33,101 bases of DNA from contig NC_057718.1 in NCBI RefSeq assembly GCF_004010195.1, forward strand, positions 53,101,593-53,134,693, read 5' to 3'. The position numbers and the translations under genes were made by a program. Of this stretch, positions 21,581 through 33,101 are shown piece after piece. Within the stretch, counting starts at the first letter, position 1; each line of letters begins with the position of its first letter. The DNA is from Chiloscyllium plagiosum. Its lineage: Eukaryota. The notes under the pieces are model-generated. The model made no database searches. It was given only the letters and a program-made list of their open reading frames with translations, and was not told where the DNA came from.

Positions 21581-22388
21581 TTTTATCCTTTATTCAATTA
21601 GTCTTCTGCTAAAGGTATGGTATAAATTTTGACAGACGTGAATTTCAGCCACTCAAAAGTAGTATCCATGTAAAAGTTAGTGCCCTAAATTTAACTTCTA
21701 AAGAGTGGTCAAAAATTATTAGAGTATTACTCGAGTATATAGGATAAGCATTTAATTCAAGTAATTAATTCTTTTTAAAAATAAAACATCTGAATTTGCA
21801 GTGTGTCTTAAAAGCATCTGTGCCCAGTTGGAGCTGTCAATCAAACTGTGAAATGGCAGCTTGCCCTCTGCAATAATGGAAGATTGTGAAATTGATCATA
21901 CAGTCCACTAATGATAACTCTCGGCTTCATGTTATCAGATAGAGCAAAATACATGGAGTACATGGAATATATGAAAATGCACTAGACAGTCCCTTTATTT
22001 TCAAAAATATAAAGTGCAGGAGTTTTAAATGCCATAACAGCTTGACATCTTTCTTTCAACAGTTGTTTTCGACAGGACTTTTTCATACTTCTAAGTTGTA
22101 TTTGACAGTTCCAATGAACTTTATAGTCCCAAATATTTGATGTAGATTTTACATAAATTCATTGTTTCTTTTAACAATCCTGAAGGGCTTCTTATCATTC
22201 CAACCCACCACATCAAGGGGCATTTGACTTCACCCAGATTCTGGGTTACTCCAAATGTCTTCTGGATTTTTCCAAAGGTGTCACAGGACAATATCCAAAG
22301 GGGTAATGTACTCTTTCAAAGGATATTCCAACTCTTCAAGTCACTGTAAAGTTAAGACCTGCTTCTCCCTGTGGTAATTTGTGCAAGA

Positions 22389-22583
22389 GTTGAAAAATGT
22401 GGTGCTGGAAAAACACAGCAGGCCAGGCAGCATCCGAGGAGCAGGAGAATCGATGTTTCAGGAAGGGCTTATGCCCGAAATGTCGATTCTCCTGCTCCTC
22501 AGATGCTGCCTGGCCTGCAGTGTTTTTCTAGCACCACATTTTTCAACTCTGGTACTCCAGCATCTGCAGTCCTCACTTTCTCT
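22389..22583 (+). mobile_element. Palindromic PLE-terminus insertion with the hammerhead CUGANGA core missing at the centre
   Basis: Inverted arms ~22386-22462 and ~22474-22550, tail 22551-22583, direct repeat TAATTTGTGCAAGA at 22375-22388 and 22584-22597. Confidence 0.9.
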
Positions 22584-23219
22584 TAATTTGTGCAAGACAT
22601 GTTTCTCATGCTAAGATTGTCAAAATATGATATAAACATAGACATTTGCAGATTTATTTCAGTAGCTGTCACTGCACAACACTGATGCATAAAATCTGAC
22701 TTATGCCCATTTTTGCTAAAGCAATAAAATGTAGTTGCCATGTTTGGGGGCAGTACTTCCAAATTTTAGTCTCCCATGCTATTTTTTGCAAAAATGCAGA
22801 GGTGCAATGCCATTGTGAAAGTCCAGGCCAGTGTGATTTAGAGCCTTTATCAAGAGAAGTGTCCTCCATGATGGTGAAGTTGCCTGGATAGCTCCATCTA
22901 TGCAATTTGTGAAATGATCTCCTGTATAATTATGGTTTGCTATATGTTGTCTAACTATGCAAGTACTGGGGACAGCATATGAAGATAACATTAGATAAAG
23001 ACATTTAGTATCATAAGGGAGAGACTACTAATTGTACGGAAGATGACAAAGAAGCAGGTAGCCTCTAACACTTGTCTGAACCTAGAACCTGTCAGCAGCA
23101 TCCCATTGAAGAGATTTCTGCTTCCCAATATTAGCAGTTGCATCAAACATCAGTCCCAATCCTTCAACAAACTTGCCCTAAAGACAGAAACAATATTCAA
23201 AACAGCTTACATTTCAGGG

Positions 23220-23452
23220 TCACAAACAAAGATTGCTGGAAAGGCTCAGCAGGTCTGGCAGCATCTGAGAAGAGAAATCAGAGTTAACATTTCCGATCCA
23301 GTGACCCTTCCTCAGACCCTTTTGAGGAAGGGTCACTGGATCTGAAATGTTAACCCTGATTTCTCTCCACAGGTGCTGCCAGACCTGCTGAGCTTTTCCA
23401 GCAATTTCTGTTTTGGTTTCTGATTTATAGCATCTGCTGTTCTTTTAGTTTT
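23220..23452 (+). mobile_element. Palindromic PLE-terminus insertion, third family
   Basis: Inverted arms ~23222-23315 and ~23322-23415 with (C/U)UGAGGA-AGGGUC(ACUG)GAUC-GAAAU-GUU cores, tail to 23452, direct repeat CATTTCAGGG at 23210-23219 and 23453-23462. Confidence 0.9.
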
Positions 23453-26171
23453 CATTTCAGGGGCAGCATGATAGGAATTGAAAAGTTGGGTTTTTTTTCT
23501 GGTTCACACAATTATTTAAGTATTAATTGTCATCTAAATGTGATGTGTTTGGATTAAGTAGTTTCTTTAAGTAACCTTCTTAAGCAATCTCTTCCCCATC
23601 GAATTCTTGATTGTAGAGTACACTTACATGTAGAAGAGCCGCAAGGGGATTTGAGATTCTTTTAATTGACCACTTCTAGTGGCTCAGCCATATGAGGACC
23701 TGACTGTAGATTGTAGCAAATCAGTGGCTCGTGACATCCTAGCTCAGCTAGTTTTTCAACACATGGGCAGGATATAGTTGTGAGGAGGGAGATACGCTGC
23801 CATCTGAAGTGAAGGCAACATTAATGTTGCACAACTGTCCCTACTCTAGCTAGTAGGTAGACATAGCCATTTATCTGTAGGAATGTGTGGTTAGCACATT
23901 GCAGATATGAGAGACAGAGGGAGGGGAGAGCTGTTGTGAGCACAGTATCAGATGTTTGTGTGAGCAGGAGGAAAGGCTTCAGGAATGGATAATAGAAGGA
24001 TCGTCAATGTTGACCATCAGTGTGACCTCACTCCATTCTATAAGTTTTACTCTTCCATTTAATCCGCCATATTTGGAATCCGCCAGGTTTGGAATTGTCT
24101 TTCCCGCTTGCAACCATATGCATATTGCTGTTACTGGAGTATGCAAAGACAAACCTTGAACCCAGTACTCCATCACATAATCTTTAATTTGAAATTAATT
24201 GATAATCAGTTTTTGCACAAATTATTTGCTTTAAAAACCAACCAGAAACATTTCTTAATTATATTCCTTTGAGCCAGGAGGAGTAACACCTGACCTAGGT
24301 CATCTCTCTCCATCATCATTTCCCCAGACCCCCAGGAATTAACTGAAAGAAGACATGACATTTGGAGCATGAATCTTGCTGGCAAGATTTAAATAAGGCC
24401 ATGATCAGTGGCTGCAACACTAGCTGCTGCAGAAATATCCAAAACTGCAATGACTAAAACAGTCCAAAGGTAAAAATCAATCTTTATTTATCGTCAATAA
24501 TTGCCAATCAACAGCATAGCATATATACCTACAATACTCTCCAAAAAAGGATGTGCAATTAAAATTGTCAAGACAACCCAAGACGTGGTTAGTGAACTAT
24601 AGATTAATAAGTAGAAAGTTCCAGTAAGTCTCTGAGCAATACCAATGAGGCCTGTTGCATAGGTTCTTGCTCCTGAAGTGAGTAAGTTAGCACTTGAAGT
24701 CAGATCCAGCAACTGTGATGGCTTGAAGAGTTGAATCGTTGGCATTCACAGATAGAATCCACATGTCAGTGGCTTTTGGAAGAGGGAGAAGATTCCTGTC
24801 TTCTCATTCTACAGGCATGTTACTTTTCACTGCCCAGTTCTTGACAGCTGTTACAAGATGTCTTTCTATTTTCTTCCCCCTTCTCTGTGTAAGCCTGGAG
24901 TCGTGTCTCTCCCCAAATGGTTCAAGATAGAATCGCTCTTTGTTCAGGCAACTTGCCTTTTTGATTCACTTCGACCTAGCAATCCAAGTTCTAATCCATG
25001 TAACTCATTGGCATTCCAGAGGTAACTTCTCTTCCAAATGAACAACAAATCTTATTTATTCCTAGACAAGGGATGTTACAGATTTGCATGTGTACCTCTC
25101 CATGTAACTGGTTTAGAATTGCAGTTCAATAGCAGATGACTTGCAGTAATCATATTTTCAGCTTATTTTGTCGGGTTGCAATCAGATTATTTTAAAAGAA
25201 AAGCCAATAGTATTTAACAGCTTTTCTCTGAAAAATTATGGGAACCGAACTGAACAATCCTGCCAAATTCACAAAAGAACTGGGATGATCGCCATGCTTC
25301 TGGTAGTATTTTGAAACAGTTGCTGCATGCCCATCAAATCTAGTAAACCATTTCTGCAATGCATTGGTTAAGCTGGAAAAAAAATCCTTTCACACTGAGA
25401 ACTGTAAGATGTTGGATAATATATACAGCAGAAGTTGCCGAATCAACAGCTTGGAAATAATTGAGGAGAATGACTTCCTCAGCACACCATGTGTGACAAA
25501 ATTAAAGGATTTTGCAATTTTGTTCTGCATGCCACAGGAAGGAAATCATTTCTTTCATTTCAAGTTGCTTAGCAGAAGCATTTAAATATACCATGGCTCC
25601 GTTTCACAGCATCAAGTTTAACAGGGGGCCTTCATCCAAGGCCAATTGTTCTTACATGTCTCAAAACGAAAATACAAACCCATGAACAGTTCATGATTAA
25701 GACATCTTCAACAATTCTCACATGGCCCTTTAGATATTTTTGATAATAACAATTAAAATTCAACAGCAATCACAAAACATGTTTTGAAGTTGTTTATTTA
25801 AATAACAGCTGACAAATATCCAAATGTATTTCTGAAGGTTTTTCATTATTGGAATTTGTCTAAGTTGCTTCCTTTTCTTAAAAAAAGGTTTCCCTTTGTC
25901 CATTTGACTAGGAGGAGAGGGATGATTGAACCCTATATGTTTCCTACAGGCAGAAGTGGAATATCCATGCTGGTCACAGTCCGGAGGACAGCTCCATAAA
26001 ACATCCCCACCTCCACTCCTGAGGAAGACAGCACAGAAGTCTCCAAGGGAGCCCTGGTAAGGTTGACTATTGCACAGCCCGACCGACTCAAACACCTTGG
26101 TTGGTATTTTACCAAGATTAGTTGGGGTCATTGCTGAGGAAGAGATGCCCTGGTCTCTGGCACTTGGAAGA

Positions 26172-26209
26172 TGTTGGCACATGTTCAACTTGTTGGCACA
26201 TGTTCAACT
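26172..26209. repeat. Perfect 19-bp tandem duplication
   Basis: TGTTGGCACATGTTCAACT x2. Confidence 0.9.
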
Positions 26210-26787
26210 TCAGGCTGGAGGGGATCCTATAGTGTCAATCATTAGGGACTTCAAATATATGCACCAAGAGCAGTAAGAAAGTTTGACAAGGATGCTAGCG
26301 ACTTGCAGGACTGTAGAAAAGGGCTTGGGACATTACATCCTCAGGCATGCAAGTGCCAATCTGCCTCCATGGACAGGTTGGCAGTTGCTATGGAGAGCCA
26401 GGATTAGCACTCTCAGAGTTTGCTGAATCTATGCATAGGCCTGCACTCCATTGTTCTGCACATTTGAGCTCAGCACCAGTGATAAGGCAATGGGATGATG
26501 ACAGACCTTGAGCTGACCCCAAGAGGCCCTTCCTCACACAGAGACAATGTGGTGCCAATAGGCATACAGCTGGAGGAGGAACCACACACACAGACCTCTC
26601 AGAAGTCTCCTTGCAGGACACCCAATGATGATTGGGCCTTTAGCCTCTACTCTGCCTGTCTACCCAACCCTATAGGTGGTACTAGTCTCTAGGCAGAACA
26701 CACTTGATATTTTGGGGCCTTCTGGACAGAAACACCCTGAGGATTACCTGATCAAATCTGCAACGTGAACAAGCACCACAGTAAGGT

Positions 26788-27014
26788 CAGAGAGTGTGGT
26801 GCTGGAAAAGCACAGTAGGTCAGGCAGCATCCAAGGAGCGGGAGAATTGATGTTTCAGGCATAAGCCCTTCTTCAGGAATGAGCTCATTCCTGATGAAGG
26901 GCTTATGCCTGAAACTTCAATATTCCTGATCCTTGGATGCTGCCTGACCTACTGTGCTTTTCCAGCACCACATTCTCGACTCTGATCTCCAGCATCTGCA
27001 GACCTCACTTTCTT
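26788..27014 (+). mobile_element. Palindromic PLE-terminus insertion with no spacer
   Basis: Centre CAGGAATGAG|CTCATTCCTG at 26883/26884, arms ~95 bp, tail ~26981-27014, direct repeat CCACAGTAAGGT at 26776-26787 and 27015-27026; hammerhead cores at 26891 (+) and 26876 (-). Confidence 0.92.
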
Positions 27015-27711
27015 CCACAGTAAGGTTAGCCCAGTCCACCCCAACTGTGAAACCAAGGCCTACACTGAAACATAGTGGGAAGGAAAGAAAGGATGAGAAA
27101 ATCTTAGGGCACGTAGATGGCCTGGGTGACACTTCATTGTAAGTAAGTTTTCATATATGCAAATATATGTTCACTTTTCATTATTAGCTTTGTTTGAATC
27201 CCTTTCTAGCCACACCTGCAAATTTGAATATTAAGAGCTCACCCATCCTTAATAGGACACAACTTTCGAAGGTCAAAGATTTGAAATGAGCAGCACCAAG
27301 CAATGTGTGGGCAATGGTTAAATGGCAGGTGATTGCAACTGTGGAAATGAGGCTCTATCTTTCCAGGGAGACAAACCTTGTCATTATATCACATGCTTTT
27401 TGGGATTCATTCAATATCTTCCCAGATGCAGCCAGGATATACTTAGGGTAAGGAATTGGAGTGGACACAGAATGATAAAGTTCACAAAGCTTGCATGTTT
27501 CTGCTGCAGTCTATGCATGTCTGTGCAATGCTTTTCCCCTTTGAAGGATCTCACATGGCTCACGATTGAAGGCTCCTCTCTCACAGAATGAAACACATAC
27601 CCCACCCACTCAGGTGTGGTTACAGCCAATGTAGTCTCCATTGCACACTTGTTATTTACAGAACAATGGAAAACAACAGCAGGACACGAGCCAGGATGAA
27701 GCAGAGTGCCA

Positions 27712-27940
27712 GAACATGTTGTATGGCAGCACCGGTGGGTGTGGAGTACATGCTGTCACTGTCCATGGAACATGTTGAATGGTAGCACCTGTGGGTGTGG
27801 AGTACATGCTGTCACTGTCCATGGAACATGTTGTATGGCAGCACCTGTGGGTGTGGAGTACATACTGTCACTGTCCATGGAACATGTTGAGTGGCAGGAC
27901 CTGTGGGTGTGGAGTACATGCTGTCACTGTCTGTGGAACA
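27712..27940. repeat. Minisatellite, 4 x 56 bp
   Basis: Units start at 27712, 27768, 27824 and 27880: GAACATGTTGxxTGGxAGxACCxGTGGGTGTGGAGTACATxCTGTCACTGTCCATG. Confidence 0.95.
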
Positions 27941-28309
27941 CGCCTTGAGAGTGTGGTGCTTGGTGTCTAAAATGAAAGAAACTCTAGAGGAGTTCGCGGA
28001 AAGCTCAAGCCACCAGGCACCCACTCTGACGTTCATGTTGTCGGTGACGTTCAATTCCCTGTGTCTGGTTTCTATCTGTTGGGAAATAGAATGGAAGAGT
28101 ACATGATAATAAGACTTATCGAAGTCTTATTAGGACTGATAATCCTTCTTAATAGGCTTTTCACCAATCACCAGTGAGAATCTCTTCTCAACGTCTAGGA
28201 CTTGGCAAGAGAATGCAACTTTTCAGTCTCGATATTGACGCCACATCTCACACGATTCTTCTAAATTTCTTACCACAGCTCACATGGCTCAGGCTCTGGG
28301 AAGGTTCCA

Positions 28310-28710
28310 TCCAAAGATTAGAAATTTCAGCAAAGTGGAGACACTAGAGAAGCTCAGCTTGTTTATTTTAGAAAGTTTTACATGGTTATAAAGCTAGTGA
28401 CGCTCACGAGAAATTGCTTTCAGTAGCAAATACATAAGTACTTCGAGGACACAGATTAAAGTCATCTGGAAAAGAATGAGACAACAGAAGGTCAAAATAT
28501 TTTATGCAATTAATGACTCTGATTTGCAATACACCAGCCTCAAGGTGGGAGAAGTAGATTCTAGAAACTTTTAAAAGGGAAGTTGGTAAATATTCTAAAG
28601 TGAAATATTGTTGAGCAATGGAATAGAAATAAAACTAATTGGACAGCAATATGAAAGAGCCTACAGATACAGGATGGACCAAATTGTCTCCTTCTGTTAT
28701 GACTATTCCA
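28310..28710 (+). mobile_element. Very old CR1 LINE 3' end
   Basis: CTAGAGAAGCTCAGCTTGTTT, CGAGGACACAGATTAAA, TTTAAAAGGGAAGTTGGTAAATA, GATGGACCAAATTGTCTCCTTCTG in CR1 order. Confidence 0.55.
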
Positions 28711-29428
28711 AAATTTTTTCATTATTCTTTGCAATGAGTGAAAGAAGTGTTGAAATTTTGTGAAGGAAAGTAATTAATTTGAAATTGGAAAATAGTAATA
28801 GAAATTCAATTTAATAAATGTACTTTTATAGTTGAAAAAATAGAAAATACCTTTCTAATATTTGACTGTCATAATTAATTAAACTCTTCTCACAGAAAGT
28901 GCATTTCACAAAATCATATACGCTGACATGTTTGAGTTTGACTAAAAATCCATTCCGTATTACATGCATTAACATTCCCTCCCATTCTGTCACATGCAAC
29001 CATGATTTTCCATTTGCAGTTCCACACTAAAACTATTGTCAGGGAACACTGTCCTTGAAACTGAAATGCAATGGCAAACTACCGCTGACAAAAATGTGGA
29101 ATAAACATTCAGCTATACATTAGTTCTAGGAATAGCTCCCAAAGATGTGTGAAAGCAGCTGTTCAGGGATGTCAGATTAGGGTCCACAATGTTTCAGAAA
29201 GCTGTTCTCTCTCTCACTGTTGTATTTAGGCTAGTCTAGCTTCAGAATTATTGCTAAGTCATAGGTATGTTCAAACAACAGCAGCTTCATAATATAGTAG
29301 GGAACTATGTATAGCTCTATGTGACCCTGTCTAGCTCTGCTGAATCCATGATTGTTCTCTCTTCAAACCTCTGTAACATATTCTCTTACATCATCACTCC
29401 AGGAGCTGTTATTACTCTGGTATTTCAC

Positions 29429-29600
29429 TTACCTTCTTTTATATTTAATTACGTTCAATAAAGCCTGCAGACAACAACATTACATAGAACATTAATCCTT
29501 ACAGATCCTAGTACTTCGATTACCTCCTCTTGTATATAATTATGTTTCATAAAGCCTGCAGACAACATTATGGGGGATCTTCTAAGAAGATCCTAGTCCA
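29429..29600. repeat. Degenerate ~90-bp tandem duplication
   Basis: TTACCT...ATAAAGCCTGCAGACAACA...AGATCCTAGT occurs twice in the same order. Confidence 0.75.
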
Positions 29601-30464
29601 GACATTTATTGCCTTGTTGATGATGCTCCTTTCTACTGAAGTTCTGGAATTGTTCTTTTCTGCAGAGGGGCAGCCTAATGCTGATGTATGTGTGCAACTA
29701 TTTCCAAGAGATGAATTTATAAAATGTCACAGATGGATGGGAAAGGGAGAATTTCAATTTGTCATCTTCCCCTTCATGAGACTTCAATAGTTTGAGTTCT
29801 GGAGGATTGCTTCCTCAATCAGTTTCCTTGATCAGTTCGCCCTGCTGTGTGAAGCTGTAATCCACTCTATGAATGCAATTGCCTTCTAAACAGCTGATAA
29901 GGAATCATGTGTTATTGGATGCACAGTTAAGCTGAGTCTGCACCTCAGCATGGAGTAAATTTGGTCCCATCATCCACTTTAAATGTAGAGATCTATTGGA
30001 CCAGCTGAGTGCAGTGTAGCAGAATATATTCCATATCCTGCTCTAACTAGAAGACAATTTGTACAAATCAAGGTGTAGCCAGTAATTACAGGTTATGATG
30101 GACGGTGTTATAGAGATTGTGAGAAGGACAGAATGGGAGGTCTTTCTCATCTAAGATCCTCAGCTATCTGCCACCAAGTCAATATGACATTCTTCATTGT
30201 GAACAGCACTTAAGACACTCCTCAGTTTAACCCCTTCAGACCATTGCACCATTTGTAAACTTTTGCTCTATGATTCTTTTCTATTATTAATAATACACAG
30301 TTGTGCATATAATTACACATTCCTGTTTCCTCTCTTCCCCATAAATCTGAAACATCAAAATTCAGGTAAGCACGAGTTTTCATTATTGTCCCAGAACATG
30401 TTTTCTTCAGACTTGGAAGACTGAGCGATCTCTGGGTTGAAAACTGTTGACCTTCTGACAAGGT

Positions 30465-30680
30465 CAGAAGTCAGATGACACCAGGTTAATTTCCAACAGA
30501 TTTGTTTGAAATCATAGGGGTTTGGAGTGCTGTTCCTTCATCCGTTGACTAGCTACCTGACAAAAGAGCAACGATCCAAAAGCATGCACTTCCAAATAAA
30601 TCTGTTGCACTATAACCTGGTATTGTGTGATCTTTAACATTGACCACCTCAGTCCAACAGCGGCACTTCCACATCCTAAT
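30465..30680 (+). mobile_element. Old, diverged palindrome related to 763-990
   Basis: CACCAGGTTA...CCAACAGATTT...CCTTCATC, then CCTGACAAAAGAGC...AATCTGTTG...TAACCTGGT plus tail CAGTCCAACAGCGGCACTTCCACATC; hammerhead cores decayed. Confidence 0.75.
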
Positions 30681-31504
30681 TCTGTAACGTTAACTTCTTG
30701 CTTGGCCTGATTGCTATGACTGACAATTCTTTCTGGCAAGATGAGGAAATGAAATTCTCTTCTCGAACTTGTCTGTTTCAAGTTACCTCCGCATCTGTCA
30801 CAGCAATTTATTCACTAAATTCTGTTTCACTCTGTGTTACATCAAATAATCATGCAATTATTTATTTTTTCTGGGTTAAAAGACATTTATTTTGCAATAA
30901 AAGCAGTGCTTCAGCTCTATACAACTCAACTAGAGAGTTTTCCCGTGTTTTGCGAACAAATTAGTCTTCTCATGGATAAATTGAAGGATTCCTGCTATTC
31001 TCAGCTAAAATCAATAAACCCACCTTTTCTGCACTTTCACTGGATGACCTTCTCTGTTTGCAGTCTTAATAAATGCTTTCTGTTTCTTTAATTGCTTTAC
31101 TGAATGAATCCCACTGCCTGTGGCTTTAATAAATCATGCCTGCTTTAATCACAGTTTCACTAAATGTCTCCCACTATTTGCATCTTTAAGAGATGAATTC
31201 TATTTCTTGAGCAATTTTAGTTCCTGGATTATTCCCACTGTTGGCAGCTAATTATGATCTCTATTTCACATAAAACATTTTTCCTGAATGATTTCTGCTT
31301 TTCATGCTTCTCCCCCTTTAATATGATTTTATGAAAGATCTCGTGACTTTTTATGCACCCTGAAAAAAAGTCTCCTAACTTTCCTCTTCCATCAGCCCCT
31401 TTTGTCATTTTAACTTTGGCTTTGCAATGTCCTCCAGTCTGTGATGTTGGTGTAGACATCATTTATTTAAATTAGAGAGGGTTTAGAAAATATTTGCCAA
31501 GATG

Positions 31505-31938
31505 ATACAGGAGTTGGGAGGTCATGTTGCGGCTGTACAGGACATTGGTTCGGCCACTGTTGGAATATTGCGTGCAATTCTGGTCTCCTTCCTATCGGAA
31601 AGATGTTGTGAAACTTGAAAGGGTTCAGAAGGGAATCCAGAACTAGAGGGCATAGGTTTAGGGTGAGAGGGGAAAGATATAAAAGAGACCTAAGGGGCAA
31701 TTTTTTCACGCAGAGGGTGGTACGTATATGGAATGAGCTGCCAGAGGATGTGGTGGAGGCTGGTACAATTGCAACATTTAAGAGGCATTTGGATGGGTAT
31801 ACGAATAGGAAGGGTTTGGAGGGATATGGGCCGGGTGCTGGCAGGTGGGACTAGATTGGGTTGGGATATCTGGTCAGCATGGATGGGTTGGAGCGAAGGG
31901 TCAGTTTCCATGCTGTACATCTCTATGACTCTATGACT
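31505..31938 (+). mobile_element. Young CR1/HER1 LINE 3' end with an internal deletion
   Basis: LYRTLVRPLLEYCVQFWSPSYRKDVVKLERVQK joined at ~31630 to SRTRGHRFRVRGERYKRDLRGNFFTQRVVRIWNELP; (CTCTATGA)n tail. Confidence 0.92.
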
Positions 31939-32928
31939 GTAAGTATTTTCAAGACTAGTCTAATTCAACTATAATTTGACTTAGTAAGGAAATAAATACC
32001 AACACTCACGAGTTAGTTGAAGTATCTTAAAAATTAAGCTTTACTCTGTATGACTTTCAAAAACTGTTAACAGGTACAAGAAGATTAATGATTGCACATT
32101 AATTAGGTAACATTGAACCCCAGCAAAATAGCAATCCATTCTCAATGAAAATTATTATATGATCTTTTGACAAACAAAACTCACAGATCCTTTCCAAGTT
32201 TCACAATGTTCCCTTTTTTTGGATGATTACTAATTGCTTATACAATGTCATTTCCAAGCATCATAAATACCCAATTTTTAGAAATTACAAATTTCCTTTT
32301 TAACCATGTCCTAGTTTCTTGAAGTTGCCTGTATCCTAGTTTCCTGCATTTACAAACCCTTGGTCATTTACTGCCATCTTCACAGCTCTGAAAGAAGCTT
32401 AATATTTCAAACATTTTTGTAAGTATAGTCGCGATTATTTTTCCATCCTAATTCAAAATTCACCACCATTCCCCTGCCTCCTCCTGAGCCCAAATAATAG
32501 TTTTTCAGATTAGACAGTGTTTAAAATTTTCTTAATTGTGCCTAATCTGTCTCTGTTCAGTGTAATCACAGGCATTGTTAACAGTTGAATGTCTGCAATA
32601 AAATCCACCCCATACCTGACTTTATAAGCAAAGGCACCATGCTCATTTTATGGCATATATCCTGCTTGTAGGAATGCATCACACAAACACTTCAGGCTAA
32701 TTATCTATTAAGTGCTTGCTCAAACAGGCAAGCTGTTTTCCACTTCCTTAACCATTGTGTTCTCATAAAGGTCAAGTTGTAAAATTCAACAGTGGTCAAT
32801 TTGACTTAATTCCATTGTGTTTTATGTACATTCTCAAAGCCACAACTAGCATAACTATAGTCATGATAAAAATTAGAAATTGATTAGTTACATTGCCAAT
32901 CCAATTATATCAGGACATATTGTAAGTA

Positions 32929-33101
32929 GCTGAAAAATGTGTTGCTGGAAAAGCGCAGCAGGTCAGGCAGCATCCAAGGAGCAGGAGAATCGACATTTCG
33001 GGCATAAGCCCTTCTTCAGGAATGAGGAGCGTGTGCCAAGCAGGCTAAGATAAAAGATAGGGAGGAGGGACTTGGGGGAGGGGCGTTGGGAATGCGATAG
33101 G
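32929..33101 (-). mobile_element. Inverted PLE arm with hammerhead; element continues beyond the window
   Basis: Minus strand CUGAAGA-AGGGC(UUAU)GCCC-GAAAU-GUC at 33019-32992; same family as 22389 and 26788, and lacks the terminal tail as other left arms do. Confidence 0.85.

Larger units (their letters stand above)
22000..25720 (-). pseudogene. Second decayed copy of the large DNA-element ORF (DDE-like, PIN/XPG-like, Cys-rich tail), interrupted by later insertions
   Basis: Colinear minus-strand remnants: AVKRSHGIF (~25600), ILNHLGRDTTPGLHREGGRK (~24900), WPGLSQWHCTSAFLQK...WK...ALAKMG (22830-22700), TLP...HLWK...IW...GW (22310-22200), SCRKQ...RC/SCY...SCT (22080-22010). Confidence 0.4.

Noticed and set aside
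27712..27940. CRISPR-like array
   Set aside because: Units are contiguous near-identical 56-mers with no unique spacers, in a vertebrate repeat context with no cas genes.
25900..28310. Extended decayed Harbinger element (also 18470-19600)
   Set aside because: Composition and possible termini are suggestive, but no clear motif or TIR pair could be fixed.
31486..31955. Target-site duplication around the young CR1 (AATATTTGCCAAGA vs AGTATTTTCAAGA)
   Set aside because: Too many mismatches for a young copy in AT-rich flanks.
30690..32920. Host exons or conserved enhancers in the unique AT-rich sequence around the CR1
   Set aside because: No recognisable protein similarity or convincing splice-flanked ORF; conservation cannot be judged without alignments.

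Overview
Eukaryotic, repeat-dense, apparently non-genic DNA. The HE1-type V-SINE, CR1/HER1-type LINEs and Penelope families point to a cartilaginous fish, probably a bamboo/carpet shark (inference). I could not support any host protein-coding exon; the recognisable ORFs in the track are decayed transposon fragments. Main content: (1) a nested stack at ~0.2-8.7 kb in which a 5'-inverted CR1 LINE is interrupted by a Gmr1-type Gypsy element (gag-PR-IN, one LTR, no RT, 5-bp target duplication) and followed by two Penelope-like elements (PLEs); (2) about ten PLE termini with minimal hammerhead ribozyme motifs, four of them clean ~200-230 bp head-to-head palindromes with 10-14 bp target duplications and a one-sided ~33-39 nt tail; (3) a tandem array of about five degenerate tRNA-Pro 3'-end (primer-binding-site) units behind the Gypsy LTR; (4) two heavily decayed copies of a large DNA-element ORF whose motifs suggest a DDE-like domain, a PIN/XPG-like nuclease and a Cys-rich tail; (5) SINEs, a Tigger-like MITE, a probable solo LTR and small tandem repeats. 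All family names come from motif recognition by eye; no database search was run.
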